Shown here: one piece after another, positions 20,173-32,579 of the stretch
Layout of the letters: the number at the start of each line of letters is the position of its first letter
Numbering within the stretch: position 1 is the stretch's first letter
Origin: Pelagibacteraceae bacterium AG-414-E02
GTDB lineage: Bacteria; Pseudomonadota; Alphaproteobacteria; Pelagibacterales; Pelagibacteraceae
Direction: 5' to 3'
DNA: 64,000 nucleotides
Assembly (NCBI GenBank): GCA_003214615.1
Contig: QCLK01000004.1
Coordinates: 36,301-100,300, forward strand
The notes under the pieces: generated by a model
What the model was told of the DNA's origin: nothing
Seen by the model: only the letters and a program-made list of their open reading frames with translations
Database searches by the model: none
Translations under genes and position numbers: made by a program

Positions 20173-20649
20173 ATGAAAAATAACAGTGAATTGCCATTAA
20201 GAATTGGTGTAGGTATTGTTTTATTAAATAGTGAAAATAATATTTTTGTAGGCAGGAGAATAGATAATCCCAAAAATTCATGGCAAATGCCACAGGGAGG
20301 GGTTGACCAAAATGAGATTTTTTTACAAGCAGCCAAAAGAGAACTTGAAGAAGAAACTGGAATAAAATCAGTAAAATTAATAAAAGAACTAGATGGATGG
20401 TTTGAATATAACTTACCCAAAAATCTTATGGGCAAACTTTGGAATGGAAAGTTTAGAGGGCAAAAACAAAAATGGTTCATAATGAAATTTCTAGGAAAAA
20501 ATGAAGAAATTAATGTTAAGACAAAAAAACCAGAATTTCTTGACTGGAAATGGATTAATATTTCAGAATTACCTAACATAGCTGTAGATTTTAAAGTAAA
20601 TATTTATAAAAAACTTAAAGAAGAGTTAAAAGTCTTAAACTTAAATTAA
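20173..20649 (+). CDS. rppH: RNA pyrophosphohydrolase (Nudix)
   Basis: 158 aa with SWQMPQGGVDQNE...AAKRELEEETG (Nudix box). Confidence 0.85.
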   Translation: MKNNSELPLRIGVGIVLLNSENNIFVGRRIDNPKNSWQMPQGGVDQNEIFLQAAKRELEEETGIKSVKLIKELDGWFEYNLPKNLMGKLWNGKFRGQKQKWFIMKFLGKNEEINVKTKKPEFLDWKWINISELPNIAVDFKVNIYKKLKEELKVLNLN

Positions 20650-21037
20650 ATTCTTATTTCTTTGATTACGTTAAGCTTATGATTCAAAATGTAACGATCT
20701 TGATCAGTAACATCCTTTTGTGAAAGTTTATCTTCCGTCTCTTTACTTAAATTTTCTAGAAAATCTTTCGATAAATCTTTTAAGCTTATTATAGAAGAAG
20801 AAAGAATAATTAAAGTATCATTAAAATATTCAACTGTTCCATCTTGAATAAAAAACTCATTAAAATCGTTATTTATTTGGGCTTTTATTATTCCTGGCCG
20901 TAAAAAAGTTATTATTGAAATATGATTTTTTAAAATACTCATGTCTCCTTCATATGAAGGAAGGACAACCATTTTTGCATCTCCGGAGAAAATAATTTTT
21001 TCCGGACTAATAATTTCGAGTTTAAAATTTTCTTCCA

Positions 21038-21038
<1 letters not shown>
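20646..21038 (-). CDS. atpC: F1 ATP synthase subunit epsilon
   Basis: 130 aa, last gene of the atpHAGDC cluster, with the N-terminal beta-sandwicch pattern LEIISPEKIIFSG. Confidence 0.9.
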
Positions 21039-23340
<2,302 letters not shown>

Positions 23341-23346
23341 ATAATT

Positions 23347-24879
23347 TTACTTATTTTTTTTTTTAAACGCTTCAATAACTGATGTTAACTTTTTTTCAAT
23401 ATCTTCATCTAATTTTCCAGTACTGTTAATACTACTTATAATCTCTGGATTAGATGTTGTGACTTCTTCATAGATTTTCTTTTCAATATTTTTTATATCA
23501 GCTAGCTCAACATCGTCTAAAAAACCTTTTACACCAGAAAATACTGCGATTACTTGTTGCGCAACCGGCATTGGGGAATATTGATCTTGCTTTAAAAGTT
23601 CAGTTAGTTTTGACCCTCTGTTTAATAATTTCTGCGTTGAAGCATCTAAATCAGAACCAAATTGAGCAAATGCAGCCATTTCCCTATATTGGGCTAATTC
23701 CAGTTTTATTGAACCTGCTACTTTTTTCATAGCTTTTGTTTGGGCTGCCGAACCAACCCTAGAAACTGATAATCCAACGTTAACCGCAGGTCTTATACCT
23801 TGATTAAATAATTCAGTTTCTAAAAAAATTTGCCCGTCTGTAATAGAAATTACATTAGTCGGTATGTAAGCTGATACATCGCCTGCCTGTGTTTCAATAA
23901 TTGGTAGTGCAGTTAGAGAACCACCACCTTTATCTTTGTTAAGTTTTGCTGCTCTTTCAAGTAATCTGCTGTGCAAATAAAATACATCTCCTGGATAAGC
24001 TTCTCTACCTGGAGGTCTTCTTAGCAGGAGAGACATTTGCCTATAAGCTACAGCCTGTTTAGATAAGTCGTCATAAATAATTAATGCATGCATTCCATTA
24101 TCTCTAAAATATTCTCCCATGGTACACCCTGTGTAAGGAGCTAAAAATTGAAGTGGCGCCGGATCTGATGCTGTTGCTGAAACAATAGTCGTGTATTCCA
24201 TCGCTCCTGCATCTTCTAATGATTTTAGAATTTGGGCTACCGTTGATCTTTTTTGCCCTATAGCAACGTAAATACAATAAAGTTTATCTTTTTCTTCTCC
24301 AGATTTATTAGTTTCCTTTTGATTAATAATTGTATCAATCGCTACTGCCGTTTTTCCAGTTTGTCTATCACCAATAATTAATTCTCTTTGTCCCCTTCCA
24401 ATTGGAATTAAACTATCAATAGCTTTTAATCCGGTTTGCATAGGTTCGTTTACAGATTGCCTTGGAATTATGCCTGGCGCTTTTACATCAACTCTTTTTC
24501 TTTCGATTTTTTTATCTAAATCACCTTTTCCATCTATGGGATTTCCTAATGCATCAACAACTCTGCCTAACAAATTTTTTCCTACTGGCGCATCAACAAT
24601 TGCTTGTGTTCTTTTAACAATATCGCCTTCCTTGATTGATCTGTCGTCTCCAAATATAACAACGCCGACATTATCGTTCTCCAAATTTAAAGCCATTCCT
24701 TTTATTCCTCCGGCAAATTCAACCATTTCTCCAGCTTGAACATTATCTAATCCGTAAACTCTCGCAATACCATCTCCCACTGACAATACTTGCCCTACCT
24801 CTGATACTTCTGCTTTTTCTCCAAATTTTTTAATTTGTTCTTTTAAAATTTTTGTTATTTCTGAAGGATTAATTTGCAT
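23347..24879 (-). CDS. atpA: F1 ATP synthase subunit alpha
   Basis: GDRQTGKT P-loop. The start is taken at ATG 24879 (MQINPSEI...), 1 nt after the atpH stop. The track start 24891 is an upstream TTG. Confidence 0.97.
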   Translation of the reverse strand: MQINPSEITKILKEQIKKFGEKAEVSEVGQVLSVGDGIARVYGLDNVQAGEMVEFAGGIKGMALNLENDNVGVVIFGDDRSIKEGDIVKRTQAIVDAPVGKNLLGRVVDALGNPIDGKGDLDKKIERKRVDVKAPGIIPRQSVNEPMQTGLKAIDSLIPIGRGQRELIIGDRQTGKTAVAIDTIINQKETNKSGEEKDKLYCIYVAIGQKRSTVAQILKSLEDAGAMEYTTIVSATASDPAPLQFLAPYTGCTMGEYFRDNGMHALIIYDDLSKQAVAYRQMSLLLRRPPGREAYPGDVFYLHSRLLERAAKLNKDKGGGSLTALPIIETQAGDVSAYIPTNVISITDGQIFLETELFNQGIRPAVNVGLSVSRVGSAAQTKAMKKVAGSIKLELAQYREMAAFAQFGSDLDASTQKLLNRGSKLTELLKQDQYSPMPVAQQVIAVFSGVKGFLDDVELADIKNIEKKIYEEVTTSNPEIISSINSTGKLDEDIEKKLTSVIEAFKKKNK

Positions 24880-24880
24880 C

Positions 24881-25438
24881 TTACGCCTCAATCATATTTT
24901 TTTCTAATTGTCTTAATTTACTTTTTATAGAAGTATCAACCATCATACTTCCAATTTGAATAACTAATCCAGCAATTAAATCAGGATCATGTTTATAATC
25001 GATCTTAATAGGTGACTTAAAATCTTTAGATAGCTCATTACGAATTTTTTCTAATTCCTCCGCTGTCAGTTTTTTCGACGACAAAAGTTTTGCTTTTAAT
25101 TCTCCTTTTTTAGTAGATACAAAGTTCAAAAAGCTATCAATAATTTGATTTAAGTAAAATAATCTGTTCTTATTAATTAAAAATCCCAGAAACTTTTTAA
25201 GAGTTTCACAGAAACTGCTTCTATTAATTATTTCTGTAATTACATTATTTTTTTCTTCTTTTGTAACTATTGGATTTAAAATCATCTCTTTAAAGTCAGA
25301 ACTTTTATTTAACAGCTCTTTAAGGCTGTTCATCCCATTCTCAACTTCATTTAGTTCAGAATTTTCTTGTGCTAATTCGTATATAGCTAACGCGTAGCTT
25401 CTTGATGTAGAGTTTGTGAACGTTGATTTTGAACTCAC
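24881..25438 (-). CDS. atpH: F1 ATP synthase subunit delta (OSCP)
   Basis: 185 aa, first gene of the cluster. It has a GTG start preceded by AGGAG. Confidence 0.9.
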   Translation of the reverse strand: MSSKSTFTNSTSRSYALAIYELAQENSELNEVENGMNSLKELLNKSSDFKEMILNPIVTKEEKNNVITEIINRSSFCETLKKFLGFLINKNRLFYLNQIIDSFLNFVSTKKGELKAKLLSSKKLTAEELEKIRNELSKDFKSPIKIDYKHDPDLIAGLVIQIGSMMVDTSIKSKLRQLEKNMIEA

Positions 25439-25538
25439 TTATCGCTCCTAAAAGACTAGTTTTGTATGGGATTATATTGGTAAATTCAACATGTTCTACT
25501 GTAACTTTTTGTCTTTTTATGGCCAAAGAAACCTCAGT

Positions 25539-27500
25539 TTAACTGAAATTGATTGGATCTACATCAACCTCTAGTTTTATTCCTGGGATCATTTTTATTT
25601 TATTTAGCGATTGTGACAAATATTTTTGGATAAACAAATCTTTTGGATATCTTATTAAAATTCTACATCTATATTTTTTTTTTAATTTAGCAATAGGTGC
25701 AAGAACAGGACCTAAAATATTTACTTGATTTATTTTAGGTAATTTTAATTTTATATTTGTAGCAAACTTCATAATTAAAAATTCATTGTTGCCAGAAATA
25801 ATTAAAGATATAAGTCTATAAAAAGGCGGAAGTTTTTTTTCTTTTCTTAATAAAAGCTCCTTATGCAAAAAGGCTTGTGGGTCATTTTTAGATATATTCA
25901 AAAGCACTTCATCATCAGGAGTATAAGTTTGAAAAAATATGGTAGATATATTTCCTTCTCTACCTGCTCTTCCTGCTAACTGATGATATAATTGAATATT
26001 CTTTTCTGCTGATCTAAGATCATATCCATGTGATGAAAAATCACTATCTACAACTACAATGCAGTTTAATTTCGGAAAATGAAAGCCCTTAGATAATAAC
26101 TGGGTTCCAACCAAAATATCAATTTTGTTTTTTTCAACTTTTTTTAGAAGCTTATTGGTTTGTTTTTTTTTTTCTAAAGTATCACTGGAAAATATCTCTA
26201 TTTTTTTACTTGGATATATTTTTTTTAATTCTGCAAAAATTCTTTCTACGCCAGGTCCACAAAACAACAGGTCACATTTTTTTTTATCATTACATTGTCT
26301 CGAAGGTAGGGATTTGTGACCACAATGATGACAAAGTAATTTATTTATTTTTTTATGAAAATTTAAATTGACTGTGCAATTTGGACATTGAAACTTGTAT
26401 CCACATTTTTTACAAATCGCAAAAGGAGCATATCCTCTTCTGTTTAAAAAAAATAATACTTGTTCTCCTTTATTCAAATATTGATTAACTTTAGTTACCG
26501 TCTTATTTGCTATCCAAGATCCTTTATTTAAAACTTCTGAATGTAAGTTTATAATTTCAATATTAGGTAAAGATGCTTCCTTGTACCTTTTTTTAAGTTT
26601 AGTTACATGATATTTTTTATTAACAATATTATTATATGTTTCTATAGAAGGTATGGAGGTGACTAAATTAATAGGAATATCTTCTAAGGACGCTCTAGTG
26701 ATTGCCATATCTCTTGCGTTATATGAAACGCCTTCGTCTTGTTTATAAGATACATCATGTTCTTCATCTACTACAATTATCCCTAATTTTTTAAATGGTA
26801 AAAAAAGAGACGATCTTGCTCCTATAACTATTTTAATTTCTCCCTCTGTTATGCCTTTCCAAATAATAGATTTATCTTTTTTTTTAGTTCCTGAGTGCCA
26901 AATCGCCGGCTTTGTACCAAAAAATTCTTTGAATCGCCTACTAAATTGATTTGTAAGAGCAATTTCGGGAAGCAGTATTAACGCCTGTTTTCCCTTATCA
27001 ACTAAATCTTTAATCCTTTCAAAATAAACCAGAGTTTTTCCGGATCCTGTAATACCTTCAAGTACGGTAACATTATAATTATTTCCAAAACTTCTAATAA
27101 AACCCAGAGATTTTTTTTGTTCGTTGCTCAAAAAAAATTTATTTTTTGTTTTTTTTATTTTAAATTTTTTAAATTCTTCATCAAAATTCTTTTCAACAAC
27201 ATCTTTATTAATTAAACACATTTTAAAGGACATGCCTAATGGCACTAAATTATATTTAGAAAACCATGATATAAATTCAATCATAGAAGAATTTAAGTTT
27301 CTCACATTAATTTTTTTTGAAATTTTCTTAATTTTAAATTTTTTTTCTGTTTTTTGCTCGTGTGGCCAAACAACGCCGGTGATTTCATTAGAGCCAAATG
27401 GGGCTTTGACAAAATCACCTGAACTTAATTTTTCAGAAATTTGGCTTGTATATGTAAACGGGTAATCAAAAATTTTTGGGAAAAGAACTGGTATTTTCAT
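25539..27500 (-). CDS. priA: primosomal protein N' (replication restart helicase)
   Basis: 653 aa with GITGSGKT, VVDEEHD and a Cys-rich zinc module (CKKCGYKFQCPNC...CHHCGH). Confidence 0.9.
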   Translation of the reverse strand: MKIPVLFPKIFDYPFTYTSQISEKLSSGDFVKAPFGSNEITGVVWPHEQKTEKKFKIKKISKKINVRNLNSSMIEFISWFSKYNLVPLGMSFKMCLINKDVVEKNFDEEFKKFKIKKTKNKFFLSNEQKKSLGFIRSFGNNYNVTVLEGITGSGKTLVYFERIKDLVDKGKQALILLPEIALTNQFSRRFKEFFGTKPAIWHSGTKKKDKSIIWKGITEGEIKIVIGARSSLFLPFKKLGIIVVDEEHDVSYKQDEGVSYNARDMAITRASLEDIPINLVTSIPSIETYNNIVNKKYHVTKLKKRYKEASLPNIEIINLHSEVLNKGSWIANKTVTKVNQYLNKGEQVLFFLNRRGYAPFAICKKCGYKFQCPNCTVNLNFHKKINKLLCHHCGHKSLPSRQCNDKKKCDLLFCGPGVERIFAELKKIYPSKKIEIFSSDTLEKKKQTNKLLKKVEKNKIDILVGTQLLSKGFHFPKLNCIVVVDSDFSSHGYDLRSAEKNIQLYHQLAGRAGREGNISTIFFQTYTPDDEVLLNISKNDPQAFLHKELLLRKEKKLPPFYRLISLIISGNNEFLIMKFATNIKLKLPKINQVNILGPVLAPIAKLKKKYRCRILIRYPKDLFIQKYLSQSLNKIKMIPGIKLEVDVDPINFS

Positions 27501-28492
27501 ACTTGTATAATTTTTTTTCTAATTTTTTTTGAAACATTTTTATCTAAAATTTTTTTTAATTCATAAAAAATTTCAGAATCCATTCTCATTTCTAATAGCT
27601 GCCATACATAAGGTATAAATTTTAAGTACTGTTTTTTTTTATCCCTTTTAAATAATCTTGAAAAAATACCTATTATTTTTAGGCATCTTTGAACCGACAG
27701 TATATTAAAATCTTCTAAAAATTTTTGAGGGTTGGTTCTATGGAGTTTTAAGGTTTTACTTAAATAATAATTATAAACTTGTTTTTTTAATTTTGTAGAA
27801 TTTTTTATTCTCACATCATCAATTAAAGACGCTAAATCATAGGCGGGATTACCAATTAAAGCATCTTGGCTATCAATTACTCCTACTTTTTTACCAACTA
27901 GCATAAGATTTTGAGCATGATAGTCTCTGTGAACAAAGTAAGAGTTGGAAAAATTTAACTTGTTATAAAGCTTAAGTAAAATTTTTTTTGATTTTATTTT
28001 AATTTTCTTAACTTTTTTTTTTTTAAAAAATAAAGGTAAATACCAATCAAAAAATAGATCGGATTCTTTAAATAAATATTTATTAGAATATTTATCAATT
28101 GCATATGAACCATAAGTATTTTTTTTGATTCTTGATTTAGGTTTTATTTTTTGAATTTTTATTAGCAAATCTACAAGTTTTTTATAAACTTTGAATCTTT
28201 TCTTTTTCTTCAAAAGCACCTTGTAAAAAGATAAATCTCCAAAATCTTCAATAACAATTAATCCTTTAGAATAATTGTGTGAATAAAGCTTGGGTGCCAA
28301 TATTTTGTTAGCTCTTAAAAACTTATTGATTGTCGAGTAAATTACTAAATTTTTATATTTTTCTTTTCTTGCAAAAACTAAAATTTTCTTTCTTTTCCCT
28401 AAAAAAAGCCTGTAAAATGATCTAAATGAAGCATCTCCTGCAATTGGTAAAATTTTATAATTCATTAAATCTATAATCTTTCCATTTTCCAA
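27497..28492 (-). CDS. aminoglycoside-phosphotransferase-fold kinase, AmgK-like (anomeric MurNAc/GlcNAc kinase family?)
   Basis: 331 aa with N-terminal GDASFRSFYRL, catalytic HRDYHAQNLM and IDSQDA. It follows tsaE, as in many alphaproteobacteria. Confidence 0.6.
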   Translation of the reverse strand: MENGKIIDLMNYKILPIAGDASFRSFYRLFLGKRKKILVFARKEKYKNLVIYSTINKFLRANKILAPKLYSHNYSKGLIVIEDFGDLSFYKVLLKKKKRFKVYKKLVDLLIKIQKIKPKSRIKKNTYGSYAIDKYSNKYLFKESDLFFDWYLPLFFKKKKVKKIKIKSKKILLKLYNKLNFSNSYFVHRDYHAQNLMLVGKKVGVIDSQDALIGNPAYDLASLIDDVRIKNSTKLKKQVYNYYLSKTLKLHRTNPQKFLEDFNILSVQRCLKIIGIFSRLFKRDKKKQYLKFIPYVWQLLEMRMDSEIFYELKKILDKNVSKKIRKKIIQV

Positions 28493-28910
28493 AACCTGTG
28501 ATTTTAACTTTTCTAGAATTTTCTATTTTTGAATACTCAAATATAATGTCAATTCTATCATTTGGTTTTGTCACGATTAATTCAGGCCACTCTACAATTT
28601 TAATATGATTTTTTGAAGTTTCAAACATACCTAACTGAGAAATATCTTTATAATTTTTTAGTCTATATAAGTCATAATGCTGAATTTTTATTTTACCAAC
28701 ATCATAATCATACACTATATTGAAAGTAGGACTTAGTACGTCACTGTTTTTGATACCTTTTTTATTTTCTAAATAGTTAATGAAAAATCTTACGAAAGTA
28801 GTTTTTCCAACACCAATTTCTCCATATAGAAAAATTATATCTCCTGCTTCTATTATTTTAGAGATTTTTTTTGAAAAATTTTGAGTATCTTCTAAAGATT
28901 TTAATTGCAT
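28455..28910 (-). CDS. tsaE: tRNA t6A37 biosynthesis ATPase TsaE
   Basis: 151 aa with GEIGVGKTTFVR, SPTFNIV and HYDLYRL. Confidence 0.85.
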   Translation of the reverse strand: MQLKSLEDTQNFSKKISKIIEAGDIIFLYGEIGVGKTTFVRFFINYLENKKGIKNSDVLSPTFNIVYDYDVGKIKIQHYDLYRLKNYKDISQLGMFETSKNHIKIVEWPELIVTKPNDRIDIIFEYSKIENSRKVKITGFGKWKDYRFNEL

Positions 28911-28920
28911 CTGCTACTAA

Positions 28921-30219
28921 CTAGTAGCGATAACTATCAGATTTAAATGGGCCATTAGTATCAACGCTTATATATTCAGCCTGACCCTTTGTAAGTTTTG
29001 TTAATTTGGCTCCAACTTTATTTAAATGAAGCATCGCAACTTTTTCATCCAAATGTTTAGGTAAAACATAAACTTTTTTCTCGTATTTTTCAGAATTTTT
29101 CCAAAGCTCAATCTGTGCAATTACTTGATTAGTAAATGACGCGCTCATAACAAAACTTGGATGACCCGTCGCACAGCCTAGATTAACTAATCTTCCTTCG
29201 GCTAAAAGCAATATTCTTTTTTTATCAGGAAATTCTATCTCGTGCACTTGTGGTTTAATTTCAGTCCACTTATAATTTTTGAGAGCTTCCACCTGGATTT
29301 CATTATCAAAATGACCAATATTACAAAGTATGGAGCGATCTTTCATTTTTCTCATGTGGTCAGCAGTGACAATATCTTTATTACCTGTCGCGGTTACAAC
29401 TATATCAGCATCGCCTATTGCATCTTCCATTAAAACTACTTTGTAACCTTCCATTGCAGCTTGCAATGCACATATTGGATCCGCCTCGGTCACCATTACT
29501 CTGGCTCCGCTTTGCCTTAGTGAAGCTGCGCTACCTTTTCCTACATCACCAAACCCAGCAACTATTGCGGTCTTGCCTGACATCATAACATCAGTGGCTC
29601 TCTTTATTCCATCGACCAAACTTTCTCTACATCCATACAAATTATCAAATTTTGATTTCGTTACAGAATCATTTACATTTATCGCTGGAACTAAAAGTTT
29701 TTTCTCTGCTTCCATTTTTTTTAAAGCTTTAATTCCTGTTGTAGTTTCTTCCGATAATCCTTTAACTGACTTAAGAAGATCTTTATAATCTTTATGCATT
29801 AGCGCCGTTAAATCTCCTCCGTCATCTAACAGCATATTAGGCTTCCAATCTTTTTTGGCTTCAATAGTTTGTTTTATACACCACCAATATTCTTCTTCTG
29901 TTTCACCTTTCCAAGCGTAAACTGGAATACCTGCTTTAGCTATTGCAGCAGCAGCATGATCTTGTGTTGAAAATATATTGCAAGAAGACCACCTAACATC
30001 AGCTCCTAACTCAACTAAGGTTTCGATTAGAACTGCTGTTTGTATTGTCATATGCAAACATCCCAAAATTCTGGCCCCCTGGAGAGGTTTTTGTCCTTTA
30101 AATTCTTTACGTAGTGCCATTAAACCTGGCATTTCACTTTCGGCTATGGAAATTTCTTTTCGTCCAAAATCTGCTTGGCTGATATCTTTTACCTTAAAAT
30201 CTTCTGACATAATTTGCAT
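28921..30219 (-). CDS. ahcY: adenosylhomocysteinase
   Basis: 432 aa with [26 protein letters not shown] and NIGHFDNEI. The start could instead be the ATG 9 nt downstream. Confidence 0.95.
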   Translation of the reverse strand: MQIMSEDFKVKDISQADFGRKEISIAESEMPGLMALRKEFKGQKPLQGARILGCLHMTIQTAVLIETLVELGADVRWSSCNIFSTQDHAAAAIAKAGIPVYAWKGETEEEYWWCIKQTIEAKKDWKPNMLLDDGGDLTALMHKDYKDLLKSVKGLSEETTTGIKALKKMEAEKKLLVPAINVNDSVTKSKFDNLYGCRESLVDGIKRATDVMMSGKTAIVAGFGDVGKGSAASLRQSGARVMVTEADPICALQAAMEGYKVVLMEDAIGDADIVVTATGNKDIVTADHMRKMKDRSILCNIGHFDNEIQVEALKNYKWTEIKPQVHEIEFPDKKRILLLAEGRLVNLGCATGHPSFVMSASFTNQVIAQIELWKNSEKYEKKVYVLPKHLDEKVAMLHLNKVGAKLTKLTKGQAEYISVDTNGPFKSDSYRY

Positions 30220-30267
30220 CTATTTAACAATTTAATATAAAATTATCAACTTATTGCTATATTTTAA

Positions 30268-31815
30268 TTATTTATAAATTGGTATGAGCACTTCAATTCT
30301 TGCCCCTTTTTTGTCGCCAGGCTGGTTAGAAGCTAAAATTGAGCCCCCATGTAGTTCTATAATATTTTTAACAATATTAAGCCCTAATCCCGAATGTTCC
30401 CCGAATTTTTCGGGTCTATTACTGTAAAATCTATTAAAAACTTTATCGATATTTTTTTCGCTAAAACCCGGACCCTCATCTTCAATGATTAATTGTGCAT
30501 TCTGTTTTTTAATATTACAAATTACTGATATGTTGCTATTAGAAGGACTAAATGACACAGCATTATCAAGGAGATTAGCTACAATTTGTTCAAGTTTGCT
30601 CTCTACTCCTAAAACATTTAGTTTGGTTCCGTTTAAATTAGAATTATTTATATTTATTTTTATATTCTTATTTGTGTTCAATAAATCACTATTAAAATCC
30701 TCAACCACAGAACTGACTACATTTGATAAATCAATTTTTTTCATCTTTGCTCTAGATAAGGCCGCTTCATCTTTTAACATTTGTGAATAGTCAGTGATTA
30801 ATCTCTCTATTCTTTCTACATCATGACTTATAACTTTTATTAATTTTTTTCTTTTTTCATTATCCAAAGTATTTTCCAAAACCTCAGAAGCACCTTTAAG
30901 CGATGTTAATGGATTTCTTATTTCATGCGCTAAATCCGATGAGAATGTCTCTGCTATGTCTATCCTTTTATAAAGATTTTCTGTCATTTCGTTTAAAGAT
31001 CTAGAAAGTTGACCAACTTCATCTTTCCTAAGCAAATATTTTTCGTGCCTTTCAATTTTTTCATCTTTTTCCTTAATAGCTTTTGTATAAAGAACTAAAG
31101 ATCTTATTGGTTTCAAAATATATTTGTTTAAAAAAACAGAAAAAACAAATATGACAAATGCTACTGAAAAGACTGTTCTTAATATAAAATTTTTTCTTTC
31201 TTCTACAGCCACTAATATATCGTTCGCAATTTCAGAAACAACAATATAACCTTTGTTCTTTTCTTTATCTCTGACTGTATTTACTGTTATAACATAAAAA
31301 TTATTATTAATTGTTTCACTAATAACTAATTCTTCATTTGAGTTTTTTTTTTGGAAATATCTTTTTACATAATTTTTAGTATTAAAAGTTGAAGTTTCAC
31401 TTTCCTGCTGATTTTCTTCAATATTTATTTTTTCATCAATTTCATCAATTGGTGTTTCTTGTATATTTTGATTTCTTGTAAAAATATTTTGAGCTAAATC
31501 CAAAGTGTCTGTATCTGATAGTAGATTCATGCTCAAATCATATAATTGAACACGGTCAAGATTTTGAAATAAAAACCTAGTAGATAATAAAAATTCCGTA
31601 GCATTTTCTTTGGTAAACTCAATGTTTAATCTATTAATATGATCGGACGTATTATTAATAATTAAAACATGTTGCTTAGATCTATTTTTAACTAAATTTG
31701 GTTTTATTGCATTAAGATATAAAGATGTAAAAACTCCTAAAACTAAAAAAGCAATTAAGTTAAAAACTAAAAATTTTCTTAGAATTGAACTAGTGCTAAA
31801 AAAATTAGATTTCAT
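30268..31815 (-). CDS. chvG: sensor histidine kinase, ChvG/ExoS-like
   Basis: 515 aa with two TM segments and a periplasmic domain, a HAMP region, H-box SSDLAHEIRNPL and GLGLNIVKNIIELHGG. It is paired with a chvI-like regulator. Confidence 0.7.
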   Translation of the reverse strand: MKSNFFSTSSILRKFLVFNLIAFLVLGVFTSLYLNAIKPNLVKNRSKQHVLIINNTSDHINRLNIEFTKENATEFLLSTRFLFQNLDRVQLYDLSMNLLSDTDTLDLAQNIFTRNQNIQETPIDEIDEKINIEENQQESETSTFNTKNYVKRYFQKKNSNEELVISETINNNFYVITVNTVRDKEKNKGYIVVSEIANDILVAVEERKNFILRTVFSVAFVIFVFSVFLNKYILKPIRSLVLYTKAIKEKDEKIERHEKYLLRKDEVGQLSRSLNEMTENLYKRIDIAETFSSDLAHEIRNPLTSLKGASEVLENTLDNEKRKKLIKVISHDVERIERLITDYSQMLKDEAALSRAKMKKIDLSNVVSSVVEDFNSDLLNTNKNIKININNSNLNGTKLNVLGVESKLEQIVANLLDNAVSFSPSNSNISVICNIKKQNAQLIIEDEGPGFSEKNIDKVFNRFYSNRPEKFGEHSGLGLNIVKNIIELHGGSILASNQPGDKKGARIEVLIPIYK

Positions 31816-32516
31816 TAACTAACATTCCACCTATATCCACTACCATATCTTGTTTCTATTGCTGAAAAATTTTCGTCAACTTTCTTAAATTTTTTTCTAA
31901 TTCTTTTTACGTGACTATCTATAGTGCGATCTTCAATGTCAGTATTATCTTTATATGCTATATCCATTAGCTGTGCTCTTTCCTTAATTATACCGGGTCT
32001 TTTTGCCAACTCTTTTACAATTAAAAACTCTGTTGTTGTAAGTTTTTCTGGAAGAGGTTTCCCATTCCATTCACATTCAAGTTGGGATGAATCTAATACA
32101 AGTTTCCCGTGTTTGATTAAATTTTTAGATTCATCAGGAGTAATTGTAGTTTTTTTTCTAAGCTGAACTCTTATTCTTTCAAGAAGTACTTTCATGGAAA
32201 ATCCGCCTGACTTTTTAATAAAATCGTCTGCACCAAGCTTTAATCCTAATAATTCGTCAACCTCTTCATCTTTTGAAGTTAAAAATAATATTGGAATTGT
32301 AGTTTTTTTTCTTAATCTTTTAAGTAATTCTTCTCCATCCATTTTTGGCATTTTTATATCAACAACAGCTAAATCTGGAGGATTTCTACTAATACCTACT
32401 AAGGCACTTTCGCCATCTATGTAGGTTTGAACTTTAAATCCTTCGTTTTCTAGCGCCATACTTATGCTTGTAAGTATGTTACGATCATCATCAACTAGTG
32501 CAATTGTGTGACTCAT
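31815..32516 (-). CDS. chvI: OmpR-family response regulator, ChvI-like
   Basis: 233 aa with receiver domain (IALVDDD...DIKMP) and a winged-helix C-terminus (RTIDSHVKRIRKKF...GSGYRW). Confidence 0.75.
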   Translation of the reverse strand: MSHTIALVDDDRNILTSISMALENEGFKVQTYIDGESALVGISRNPPDLAVVDIKMPKMDGEELLKRLRKKTTIPILFLTSKDEEVDELLGLKLGADDFIKKSGGFSMKVLLERIRVQLRKKTTITPDESKNLIKHGKLVLDSSQLECEWNGKPLPEKLTTTEFLIVKELAKRPGIIKERAQLMDIAYKDNTDIEDRTIDSHVKRIRKKFKKVDENFSAIETRYGSGYRWNVS

Positions 32517-32579
32517 AATTAAAAATATATCCTATATAGAAATACTAAATTGTCACAAATTGGGCAAGCATAAGAACTA

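Noticed and set aside
20139-20579. 146-aa minus-strand ORF
   Set aside because: It is fully antisense to the well-supported Nudix gene rppH, with Ser/Phe/Leu-rich composition typical of antisense frames in AT-rich genes.
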